Positions 8,141 through 21,459 of a stretch of DNA of 64,000 nt are shown in pieces. How positions within the stretch are numbered: position 1 is the first letter of the stretch; each line of letters opens with the position of its first letter. The position numbers and the translations under genes were made by a program. Source of the DNA: the human T2T-CHM13v2.0 reference genome, Homo sapiens; contig CP068257.2 in the NCBI GenBank assembly GCA_009914755.4, positions 448,001 through 512,000 of the forward strand, written 5' to 3'. The notes beneath the pieces are model-generated. The model did not search any database and was not told where the DNA came from. It was given only the letters and a program-made list of their open reading frames with translations.

Positions 8141-11100
8141 TTCCATTCAATTCCATTCCACTACATTCCATTCCACTCCACTGCACTCCACTCCACTCCC
8201 CTCGACTCCATTCCATTGAATTTCATTCCATTCCACTTCACTATACTCCACTCCTCTCCATCCCACTCCACTCCTCTCCATCCCACTCCACTCCACTCCA
8301 TTCAATTCCATCGAATTCCATGCCACTCCACTCCTCTCCCCAACCCTCCACTCCACTCCCCTCCACTTCATTCCATTCGATTCCATCCCATTCCATTCCA
8401 TTCCATTCCAATCGCGTCCACTCTTCTTCACTCCACTCCATTCCATTCCACTCCACTCCACTTAATTCCACTCCATTCCTCTCCACTCCATTCCATTCCA
8501 CTCTACTCCAATCCACTCCACTACACTCCACACCATTCCATTCCAGTACACTCCATTCCATTCCATTCCATTCCATTCCAATCCACTCCTCTCAATTCCA
8601 CTTCACTCCATTCCACTTCACTCCATTCCATTCCACTCCACTCCACTAAATTCCACTCCATTCCTCTCCATTCCATTCCATTCCACTCCATTCTACTCCA
8701 CTGCCCTCAATCCCACTACACTCCAGTCCATTCCACTCCTCTTCACTGCACTCCAGTCCATTCCACTATACTGCCTTCCATTTCATTCCATTAAACTCTA
8801 TTCCACCAATTCCGTACCCTTCCATTCCATTCCAATCCACTGCACTCCAATCCATTCCACTCTCTCAATTTCAGTCCACTCCATTCCACTGCACTCCACT
8901 CCACTTCGTTCCATTGCATTCCATTCCATTCCATTCCACTCCACTTCTTTCCATTCCACTGCACTCCATTCCATTCCACTCCATTCCTTTCCATTCCATT
9001 CCATTCCATTCCATTCCATTCCATTCCATTCCATTCCACTCAACTCCGTTCCAATCCATGCCATTCCATTCCATTCTACTCCACTCCACTCAATTCCACT
9101 CCACTCCATTTAATTCAATTCCATTAAATTCTTTTCCAGTCACTCCGTTCCGCTCCACTCCACTCCACTCCATTCCATTCCACTCTACTCCATTCTACTC
9201 CAGTCCATTGCATTCCACTCCACACCACTCTACTCCACTCCACTCCTCTCCACGCCATTCATTTCCATTCCATTCCATTCCTTTCCACTCCATTCTATTC
9301 CACTCCCCTACCTCCATTTTATTCCACTCCACTGCATTCCACTACTTTCATTCCCCTCCATTCCATCTCATTCCATTCCATTCCATTTCATTCCATTTCA
9401 CTCCACTCTATTCCACTGCACTCCATTCTACTCCACTCCACAGCACTCCACTCCATTCCACTCTATTCTGTTTCACTATACTGCATTTCCTTCCACTCCA
9501 TTCCACTCCACTCCACTCCATTCCACTCCACTCCACTCCATTTCACTCCACTCCATTCCATTCTACTCAACTCCATTCCACTCCCCTCCACTCCATTCCA
9601 TTCAATTCCATTCCATTGCACTCCATTCCATACCACTCCACTCCATTCAATTCCAGTCCATTTCATTACACTCCATTACACTCCATTCCATTCCACTCCA
9701 CTCCACTCCAATCCACTCCTTTCCATTCCATTCCATGCCTTTCCGTTCCACTTCATTCCATTCCATTCCATTCCTTTCCACACCAATCCATTCCCCCCAC
9801 TCCATTCCTTTCCAGTCCACGCCTTTCCATTCCACTCTATTCCACTCCACACTACTCCATTCCACTGTACCCAATTCCATTCCATTCCACTCCATTCCAC
9901 ACAACTCAACTCCATTCCACTCCACTCCACTCCATTCCATTCCACTCCACTCCATTCTATTCCATTCCACTCCATTCCATTCCATTCCCCTCACTCCATT
10001 TCTTTCCACTCCTTTAGACTTCAGGTCATTTCCTTCCACAACATTCAACTCTGTTCCACTCCATTCCACTCCTTTCCATTCCACTACATCCCCCTCCATT
10101 GCATTCCATTCTGCCCCATTGCATTCCACTCCACAACATTCCACCCCATTCCACTCCATTCCATTCCAATCCACTTCACTCCACTCTACTTGACTCCACT
10201 GCAATCGATTATATTCCATTCCTTGCCCATCCATTCCTTTCCATTCAACTCTATCCATTCCACTCCTCTCCACTCCATTCCACTCCACTCCATTCCATTC
10301 CACTAAACTCCATTCCATTGCACTCCGTTCCATTCCGTTCAACTCCATTCCATTCCACTCCAATCCATTCCATTATACTCCACTCCATTGCCCTCCATTA
10401 AACTTCATTCCTATACATTCCATTCCTTTACATTCCATTTCATTCTGCGCCACTCCATTCCATTCCACTCCATTCCATTCCACTCCACTCCTCTCCACTC
10501 CTCTCCTTTTCACTCCATGCCATTCCATTCCTCTCTACTACATTCCATTCCACTCCGTTCCACTCCACTCCACTCCATTCCATTCCATTCCATTAATTCC
10601 CATTTGATTCCACTCCATTCCATTCCATTCAATTCCACGGCACTCCAATTCATTCCACTCCATTCTGTTCCATTCCACTCCACTCCACTCCATTTAATTT
10701 CATTACATTCCCCTCCCTTCCATTCCATTGCATTCCACTAAACTCCATTCCATTGCATTCCACTCCACTCCACTCCATTTCATTTCATTCCACTAAATTC
10801 CATTCCATTTTACTCCTTTCCACTCCACTCCACCCCGTTCCATTCCACTCCACTCCACTCTACTCCACTCCACTCCATTCTACTCCATTCCACTCCATTC
10901 CATTCCATTCCACTCCATTCCATTCCTTTCCACTCTATTTCATTCCAATCCTTTCCATTCCACTCCACTTTATTCAATTCCACTCCACTTCACTTCATTC
11001 CATTCCATCCCACACCATTCCTCTCCACTCCATTTTATTCCTCTCCATTCCACGCCACTCCAATCTACTCCACTCCAATCTACTCCACTCCACTCCAACC

Positions 11101-14100
11101 CACTGCGTTCCACTCCACTCCATTCCATTCCATTCCAATAAATTGCAGTGCATTTCATTCCATTCCATTCCTATGAATTGCCGTGCATTTCATTCATTCC
11201 ATTCCATCCTAATCAATCCCACTCTGGTCCACTCCATTCTACTACCCTCCATTTAATGCTGCTCAATTCCATTCGACTCCATTCCACTCCATTCCGTTCC
11301 ACCCCACTCCCTTCCACTGCACTCCACTCCATTCCACTCCTCTCGATTCCACTGCACTCCACTCCACTGCACTCCTCTCCATTCCACTCTACTCCATTCC
11401 ACTCCAATCCACTCCACTCCACCTCGTTCCACTCCACTCCATTTTATGCCTCTCCAATTCATTCCATTTCACTCCACTTTGTTCCACTCCATTCCACTCT
11501 ATTCCACTCAATTCAATTCAACTCCACTCCAATCCAGTACACTCCATTCTATTAGAATCCATTTCACTCCACTTCATTCCATTTCACAGTATTGCACTCC
11601 ATTTCACTCCATTCCACTCCATTCCATTCCATTCCACTCCATTCCACTCCAATCAACTCCAGTCCACTCCACTCAAATCCATTCCATTAAACTCCATTCC
11701 ATTCCATTCCACTCCTCTCCGTTTCATTCCACTCCACTGCATTCTTTTCCACTCCATTCCTCTCCACTCCATTCCCCTCCATTCCATTCCTTTCCACTCC
11801 ACTCCACTCCAATCCACTTCACTCCATTCCACTCACCTTCATTCCTTTTCATTCCATTCCATTCCATTCCGTTCCACTCCACTCGATTCTATTCCAATGC
11901 ACTCCATTCCCCTCCATTAAATTCCATTCCGCTCAAACTCACTCCAATCCACTCCACTCCACTCCATTGCATTCTATACCATTCCATTGCAATCCAATCC
12001 ATTCCATTCCACTCTACTGCATTCATTTCCAATCCACTCCACTCCATTCCACTCCATTCAAATCCATTCCATTCAATTTCACCACATTCCATTCCCTTCC
12101 TCTCCATTTCACTCCACTCTGTTCCACTCCACTCCACTCCCCTCCATTCCACTCTACTATTCATCACTCCATTCCATTCCACTCCCCCCTTTACACTCCA
12201 ATGCTCTCCATTCCAATCCATTATATTTCACTCCATTCCACCTCACTCCACTCCACTCCATTCCATTCCATTCCAATCCACTTCAATCCACTCCGTTACA
12301 TTTCATTCCACTCCACTCAATTGAATTCCTTACCATTGTATTCCACTGCATTCCATTCCACTCCTCTCTATGCCACTGCACTCCACTCCATTCCATTCCA
12401 CTGCAATCCACTCCACTCCGTTCCACTGGACTACATTTTATTCCAGTCCAATCCATTCGACTCAATTCCATTCAACTCCAATCCATGCCACTCCAATCCA
12501 CTCCATTCCACTACACTCCATTCCATTCCATTAAAATCCTTTCCATTCCATTCCACTCCATTCCATTCCACTCCACTCCAGTCCATTCCAGTCCACTCCA
12601 GTCCATTCCATTCCACTCCATTCCAATCCATTCCATTCCACTCCACTCAAATCCCCTCCATTCCGTTCCACTATAATCCATTCTGTTCCACTCCATTCCA
12701 CTCCAATCCACTCCATTCCACTTCACTCCTTTTAATTCCACTGTACTACATTCCATTCCATTCCACTCCTCTCCTCTCCTCTCCAATTCATTCCATTCCA
12801 CTCCATTTCTTTCCACTCAACTCCAGTCCACTCTATTCCACTCCTCTCTATTCCATTCCATTCCACTCCTCTCCATTCCACCTCATTCCATTCCATTCCT
12901 CTCTACTCTATTCCATTCCATTGCACTCCACTCCCCTCAACTCCACTCCATTCCATTAAAATCCATTCCATTCCATTCCATTCCACTCCATTTCATTCCT
13001 TTCATTTCCACTCCACTCCACACCATTAATCTCTATGCCATTCCATTCCACTCCACTCCATTCCATTTACTCCACTCAGTTCGACTCCACTCCATTCCAC
13101 TGCATTGCTTTCCAATCCATTCCATTCCACTCCACACCATTCCACTCCCTTACTTTCCATACCATTCCACTCCACACCACTGCAATGCATTCCTCTCCAA
13201 TCAATTCCACTCCATTTCATTCCATTCAAACCCACTCCATTCCATTCCACTCCCCTCCATTCCATTACAATCCATTCCATTCCATTCAATTGCACAACTT
13301 TCCATTTCATTCCATTCCACTCCATTCCATTCAATTCCACAAGATACCATTAAATTCCATTAAATTCCATTCCATTCCAATCCACTCGTTTCCACTCCAC
13401 TCGTTTCCACTCCAATCCATTCAATTCCATTCCATTCCATTCCACTCCATTCCATTCCCGTCCATTCCATTCCTTTCCTTTCCATTCTATTCCACTGCAC
13501 TCCACTCCATTGTATTGCACGTCATTCCATTCCATTCCACTCCACTGCATTCCATTCCATTCCATTCCATTCAATTCCACTCCACTCTATTTCTTTCCCT
13601 CCATTCCACTGCAATCCACTTCATTCCATTACAGTCCACTCCATTCCACCCCACTCCATTCCACTCCTCTCCTTTCCACTCCACTCCACTCCAATCCACT
13701 CCATTCCACCTCACTCCACTCCATTCCATTCCATCCGACTCCATTCCATGTCAATCCTTTCCATTCCATTCCACTCCATTCCATTCCATTCCACTCCAGT
13801 CTATTCCTTACATTCCATTCCATTCTACTCCATTCCACTCTATTCCATTCAACTCCACTATATTCCATTCCATTCCATTCAACTCCACGACATTGCATTC
13901 CCCTCCACTCCACTCCACTCTACTGAATTCCATTCCACTCCATTCCATTCTGCTCCGTTCCACTCTATTCCACTCCATTGCATTCCTCTCCACTCCACAC
14001 CACTTCACTCCTCTCCACTCCACTCCCTTACATTCAATTCTATTCCATTTCTTTCCATTTTATTCCACCCCATTCCATTCCATTCCATTCCATTCAACTA

Positions 14101-17100
14101 CATTCCACGAAACGCCACCCCACTCCACTCCACTGAATTCCATTCCCGTACATTCTATTCCATTCCATTCCATTCCATTCCATTCCATTCCACTCCACTG
14201 CATTCCATTCCATTCCATTCCAGTCCGTTCCATTCCCTTCCACTCCACTCCATTCCACTCCACTTCACTCTCCTAAACTCCACTCCATTCCACTCGTCTC
14301 CACAAAATTCCACTACACTCCATTCCATTCCCCTCCAATCCATTCCATTTCACTCCACTACATTCCATTTCATTCCCTTCCATTCCATTCAATTCCACTC
14401 CATTCCACTCCACTCCACCCCATTCCACTCCACTCAATTCCTTTCCATTCCATTCTTTCCATTCCATTCCATTCCACTCCACTCCATTCCGTTCCATTAT
14501 ACTCCACTCCATTCAACTGCTCTCCACACCATTCCACTGCACTGCATTCCATTCCATTCCCTTCAATTCCTTTCCATTCTGCTCCAGTCTACTCCATTCA
14601 ACTCCAATCCATTCCACTCAACTCCAATCCTTTCTATTCCACTACAGTCGATTTCACTCCACTCCACTCCACTCCTATCCATTCCACTCCGTTCCATTTC
14701 ATTCCAGTGCACTCCATTCCATTCCACTCCACTCCATTTAATTTCTCTCCACTCCATCCAACGGCATTCGAACATATTCGACTCCATTCCACTCCACTCC
14801 ATGCCATTCCATTCCACTCCTCTCCTCTCCATTCCACCCCTCTCAATTCCATTGCATTCCAAACCATTCCACTCCATTCCATAGCATTCTTTTGCACTCC
14901 ATTCCATTCCATTCCACTCCTTTCCATTCCATTCCCTTCCTTTCCACTCTACTCAACTCTTTTACTCCACTCCGTTGCATTCAATTCCATTCCACTCCAC
15001 TCCATTCCATTCCATTCCATTCCATTCCATTCCAATCCACACCACTTCATTTCTTTCCACTCCATTGCCATCCATTCCTTGCCACTCCATTCCATTCCAC
15101 TCCACTGCATTCCTTTCTGGTCAATCCATTCCACTCCACTCTATTCCATTCCATTCCATTCGACTACATTCTATTCCACTCCTCTCCACTCCACTCCACA
15201 CCACTCCATTCCATTCCATTCCATTACACTCCACTCCATTCCATTCTACTTCAATCCATCCCATTCCATTCCACCCCATTCCATTCAATTCCATTCTTTC
15301 CACTCCACTCTACTTCTCTCCATTCCACTCCACTCCATTGCATTTCATTCCACTCCATTCCATTCCACTCCACTCAAGTTCACTGCATTCCATTCCCTTC
15401 CATTCCATTCCATTCCATTCCATTCCGTTCAAATCCACTCCATTCTATTCCACTCCAGTCCATTCCACGCCACACATATCAACTCCATTAGATTCCAATC
15501 CACTCTACTAAACTCCACCCCATTCCATTTCACTCCATTCCATTCTATTCTACTCCACTCCACTGCATTCCACGACACTCCATTACACTCCACTGCATAC
15601 GACTCCAATCCATTCCATTCCATCGCATAACATTCCACTCAACTACATTCCATTCCACTCCACTCCATTCCATTCTACTCCATTGAATTCCACTCAACTC
15701 CATTCAATTCCACTCCATTCCATTCCATTACATTCCGTTCCATTTCAGCCCATTCCATTCCCTTCCTTTCCATTCCATTGCATTCTCCTACACTACACAC
15801 CACTCTACTCCACTTCTCTCCATTACACTCCATTCAGTTCCAGTCCATTTCACTCCATTCCATTCCATTCCATTCCACTCCGCTACATTCCATTCCACTC
15901 TGCTCCATTACATTCCACTCCACACAACTACTTTCCACTCCATTCCACTCCATTCCATTCCACTCCACTCCACTCCCCCAATCCACACCACTCCACTCCA
16001 TTCCCCTAAATTCCATTCCATTGCATTCCATTGCATTCCATTGCATTCCATTGCATTCCATTCCATTCCATTCCATTCCATTTCACTTCACTCCATTGCA
16101 TTCCATTCAACTTCACTGCATTCCATTCCTTTCCATTCCAGTGCACGCCTTTCCTCTCCATTCCACTCCATTCCACACCATTCCATTCCATTCGTCTCCA
16201 TTCCCTTCCACTCCACTCCACTACATTCCATTCCACTCCGTTCCATTCCATTCCACTTCACTCCTTTCCATTCAACTCCAATGCATTCCACTTTACTCCA
16301 TTCCATAGCATTCCATTCCCATACATTCCATTCCAATCCATTCCATTCCCCTCCACTCTTCTAAATTCCACTCCAATCCATTCCACTCCACTGCAATCCA
16401 TTCCATTCCACTCCATTCTATACGTTCCAATCCATTATATCCCATCCATTGCACCCCATTCCGTTCCATTTCACTTCATTTCATACCATTCCACTCCACT
16501 CCACTCCACTTCTTTCCATTCCATTCCTAGCCATTCCACACCAATCCACTCCACTCTTCTCCATGTCATTCTGCTCCATTCCATTCCACTCCTCTCCATT
16601 CCATTCCACCCAACACTATTCCAGTCCTCTCCATTCCACTCCACCACATTCCATTCCATTCCTTTCCATTCCATTCATTTCCATTCCACTCCACTCCATT
16701 CCATTTAACTCAACTATATTTCACTGTATTCTCCTCATTCCATTCCACTCCACTCCACTCCAGTCCACTCCACTCCATTCCTCCCCTTTCCATTCCTTTC
16801 CATTCCACTCTACTCCACTGCATTCCATTCCACTCCACTCCACTCAACTCCATTCGAGTCCATTCCAATACATTCCATTCCACTCCACTCCATTCTACTC
16901 CACTAGACTCCTTTCCACTCCCGTCCACTCCTTTCCACTCCATTTCACTCCATTCCACTCTATTCCACTACACTTCATTCCACTCCAATCCATTCCATTC
17001 CATTACAATCCAATCCACTCGGTTACATTCCACTTCACTCCATTCCAATCCACTCGATTCCCTTCAACTCCACCCCATTCCATTCCACTCCTATGCATTC

Positions 17101-20100
17101 TTTCCATTAAACTCCATTCCACTCCATTCCATTCCAATCCCCTCCACTATATTCCATTCAGTTCCACCCCACTCCACTATACTCCATTCATTTCTAATCC
17201 ATTCCACTCCATTCCATTCCATTCTGCTCCACTTAGTTCTATTCCACTCCACTCCATTCCATTCCACTCCATTCCATTCCACTACACTCCATTCCATTAC
17301 ACTGAACTCTATTCCACTCCACTCTGTTCCACTCCACTCCATTGCTCTCCAATCCATTCCATTCCATTGCTTCCCACTCCATTACATTCCACTCCACTCC
17401 ACTTCATTCCATTACACTCCACTCCATTCCACTCCATTCCATTACACTCCACTCCAATCAAATCCATTTCATCCCATTCCTTTGCATTCCTTTCTACTCC
17501 ACTCCACTCCATTCCACTCCACTCCACTCCATTCCACTCCACTCCATTATTTGCACTCGATTCCATTCCAATCTACTCTATTCTACTCCATTCCAATACA
17601 TTGCATTCCACTCCACTCCATTCCATTCCATTCCATTCCATTCCATTCAATTCCACTTCAATCCAGTGCACTCCAATCCATTCCACTCCATTCCACTCCA
17701 TTCTATTCCATTCCACTGCATTCCACTCTACTCTATCTCACTCCACTCCTTTCCATTCCACTCCATTCCATTCCAGTCCACTCCACTCCTCTCCACTCAA
17801 CTCCATTCCAATCCATTCCATTCCATTCCACTCGATTCCATTCCAGTCCACTCCATTCTATTCCATTCCATTCCAATACACTCCACTCCATTCCACTCCA
17901 CTCCATTCCATTTCACTCCACTCCTTTATATTCCATTCCACCCCGTTCCATTCCATTCCACTGCATTCCACTCCATTCCACTGCACTGCAGTCCATTCCA
18001 CTTCAGTCCATTCCATTCCACTATTCCCCACTCCACTCCACTCCACTCCATTCCATTCCACTCCACTCCCATCTACTCCACTGCATTTCATTCAAGTCCA
18101 CTCCATTTTTTTCCATTCCACTCCAATCCACTCCACTCCTTTCCAATCCACTCTATTCCACTACATTCCATTCCATTGCTTTCCCCTCAATTCTTGTCCA
18201 CTTCACTCAATTCCACTCCAGTCCATTCCATTCCACTCCAATCCACTCCACTCCTTTCCAATCCACTCTATTCCACTACATTCCATTCCATTGCTTTCCC
18301 CTCAATTCTTGTCCACTTCACTCAATTCCAATCCAGTCCATTCCATTCCACTCTACTCCACTTCATTCCATTTCATTCCACTCCACTCCACTCCACTCTA
18401 ATCCACTCCATTCCATTCCATTTCATTCCACTCCACTCCACTCTAATCCATTCCACTCCATTCCTTTCCAATCCACTCAATTCCATTCCACTCCACTTCA
18501 TTCCATTCCACTCCATTACTCTCCACTCCACTTCATTCCACTCCACTCTTTTCCATTCCACTCCACTCCATTCCGTTTCTTTCCCCTCCATTCCATTCCA
18601 CTCCACTCCATTCCATTCCATTCCATTCCTTTCCTCTCCACTCTAATCCATTCCAATACACTGCATTTCACTCCACTTCCTTCCATTCCATTCCTTTCCA
18701 CTCCATTCCATTCCACTGCAATCCTTTCCATTCCACTCGTCTCCATTCCATTCCACTCGTCTCTATTCCCCTCCTTTCCATTTCACTCCACTGTACTCCA
18801 TTCTATTCCAATCGTCTTCATTCCAGTCCACTCCAGTCTATTCCACTGCTCTCCATCACTCTCCAATGCTTTCCATTCCATTCCATTCCATTCCATTCCA
18901 TTCCATTCCATTCCATTCGACTCCACTCCTTTTGACTGCATTCCCCTACATTCCATTCCATTCTACTCCACTAAATTGTACTCCACTCCACTCCATTCCA
19001 TTCCTTTCATGGTCATTCCATTCCATTCAATTGCATTCCTTTCCACAATACTCCATTCTACTCATCTCCACTCGGTTCCACTCCACTGCATTCCATTCCA
19101 CTCAACTCCATTCCACTCCACTACATCCCATTCAATTCCACTCCCTTCCATTGCACTCCACTACATTCCATTCCACTGCTCTCCGTTTAACTCCATTCCA
19201 TTCTAGGCAACACAACTCCATTCCACTCCACTCCACTTCATTCTTTTTCATTACATTCTATCCAACCCACGCCATTCCATTCCATTCCATTCCATTTCAC
19301 TACACTCCATTCCACTCTACTCCTCTCCACTCTATTCCACTCCTTTAATCTCCATTTCATTCCATTTCACCTCATACCACTCCACTCCGCAACATTCCAC
19401 TCCACTCCACTCCAATCCAGTCCACCCCATTCCATTCCACACCGCTCCAGTCCACTTCACTCCATTCCACCTCATTTCACTCCACTGCATTGCATTCCAT
19501 ACAATTCTATTTGACTTCCACTCCACTCCACTCCACTCCATTACGTTCCACCAAATTGCATTCCATTCCATGCCACTCTATTACATTCAATTCCACTCCA
19601 TTCCATTCCACTACACTCCCATCCACTACATTCCACTCCATTCCATTCCCCTCCCTTCCACTCCGCTCTACTCCCCTCCACTTCACTTCGTTCCATTCCA
19701 TTCCTTGCCATTCCATTCCATTCCGTTTTATTCCATTCCACTCCAATCCATTCCAATTAACTCCACTCCGTTCCACTCCACTCGATGCCATTCCACTCCA
19801 CTCGATTCCATTTAATTCCACTCCACACCACTCCCCTTCATTTCACTCCACTCTTCTCCACTCTTATACACTCCACCCCAATCCATCTCACTCCGTTAGT
19901 TTCCATTCCAATCCAATCCACTACATTCTTGTCCACTCGATTCCATTCCACTCCATTCCATTCCATTACATTTCATTTCATTGCACTCCATTCCATTTCA
20001 TTCCATTGCATTCCATTCCACCCCACTCCATTCCACTCCATTGCATTCCACTCTACTACATTCCATACCATTTCATTCCACTCCATTACATTACATTCCA

Positions 20101-20870
20101 CTCCATTCCATTCCACTGCACTCCACTCCATTCCATTCCATTGTATTCCATTCAAATCCACTCCACTCCATTATTTTCCATTCCATTCCACTCCATTCCA
20201 TTCTACTCTACCCCACTCCACTCAATTCCATTCCATTCCACTCCTTCTATTCCATTCCACTGCATTCCACTCCACTCCATTCCATTCCACTCCACTCCAC
20301 TCCATTCCACTCCATTCCACCCCAATCCTCTCCCCTCCATTCCTTTCCACTGCATCCCAATCCACTCCATTCCATTACACTCCAATCCATTCCATTACAC
20401 TTCACGCCAATCCATTCCACCCCACTCCATTGCATTCCATTCTATTCCACTCTACTCCATTCTGTTCAATTCCATTTCACTCCACTTCAATCCACTCCAC
20501 TTCACTCCATTCCACTCCATTCTATTCCATTCGATTGCATTCCATTCCACTGCAATCCTCTCCACTCCACTCCATGTCTTTCTACTCCGTTCCATTCCTT
20601 TCGATTCCATTGCATTCCATTTGATTCAACTCCATTCCATTGTACTTCATTCCATTCCACTCCACACCATTTAATTCCACTTCATCCATCCGCTTTCCGA
20701 CACATTCCACTCCACTCCAGTCCACTCCCATCCACTCCATTCCATTCCTCCCCACTCCACTCCATTCCACTCCATTCCACTCTTTTCCATTCCACTGTAT
20801 TCCCTTCCAGTCCACTCTGCTCCAATCGACTCCATTTTATTCCAATCCACTCCATTCCTTTCCACTCCAT
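8141..20870 (+). repeat. Diverged HSat3-like (ATTCC)n/(ACTCC)n satellite without Alu fragments
   Basis: Continuous degenerate ATTCC, ACTCC and CAATC pentamers. No further CAGTGG...CTCAGCTCAC blocks after 8,126. Only short unique stretches of <=30 bp. Confidence 0.9.
18121..18360 (+). repeat. Local tandem duplication of a ~120 bp HSat3 segment
   Basis: ctccaatccactccactcctttccaatccactctattccactacattccattccattgctttcccctcaattcttgtccacttcactcaattcca occurs at 18121 and again at 18241. Confidence 0.8.
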
Positions 20871-20885
20871 CTGCCTCACTATAAC
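20862..20885. other. Abrupt HSat3 / beta-satellite junction with no unique spacer
   Basis: ...ttccactccatctgcctcact | ataactattctctaggatctgatcacagggtgctttgtgacatatccctgcaatgatcacc. Pentamers stop and the first truncated 68 bp beta monomer starts. Confidence 0.75.
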
Positions 20886-21391
20886 TATTCTCTAGGATCT
20901 GATCACAGGGTGCTTTGTGACATATCCCTGCAATGATCACCGAGGTGATATACCACTTGCCAAGGCTCTGCCTACAGGGGCATTGCAATGTATCTCTGCA
21001 CTGATCACCTAGGTCTTGTAACTCTTTTCTAGGATCTGCCTACAGGGTGCCTTGTGACGTATCCCAGCAAGGATTACCCAGGTGATGTACCTCTCATCAA
21101 GGCTCTGCCTACAGCCAAATTGCGATGTATCTCTGCACTGATCACCGAGGTCATGTAAGTTTTGTCTAGGCTCTGCCTACGATGGCATTGTGACATATCT
21201 CTGCACTAATCACCCAAGTGATGTAACTCTTGTCTAGGATCTGCCTAAATTAACTTTGTGACATAACCCTGTACTGATCATCCAGGTGATGGGGCTTTTG
21301 TATGGGCTCTGCCTAAGGGGGCATTGTGACATATTTCTGCATTGAGCACCCAGGTGGCGAACTCTTCTCTTGCATCTGCCTATGGGGGCAT

Positions 21392-21459
21392 TGTGACAAA
21401 TCTCTGCACTGATCACCCAGGTGATGTAACTGTTGTGTAACCTCTGCCTACAGGGGAAT
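21392..21459. repeat. Representative single beta-satellite monomer (68 bp)
   Basis: tgtgacaaatctctgcactgatcacccaggtgatgtaactgttgtgtaacctctgcctacaggggaat. The next monomer begins at 21460. Confidence 0.85.

Noticed and set aside
1-20870. Alpha satellite or HSat2 assignment.
   Set aside because: There is no 171 bp periodicity and no CENP-B box. The ATTCGATTCC-type HSat2 decamers with frequent TCGA are rare here. Plain ATTCC/ACTCC pentamers dominate, so the closest match is HSat3-like. An exact subfamily cannot be assigned without a k-mer library.
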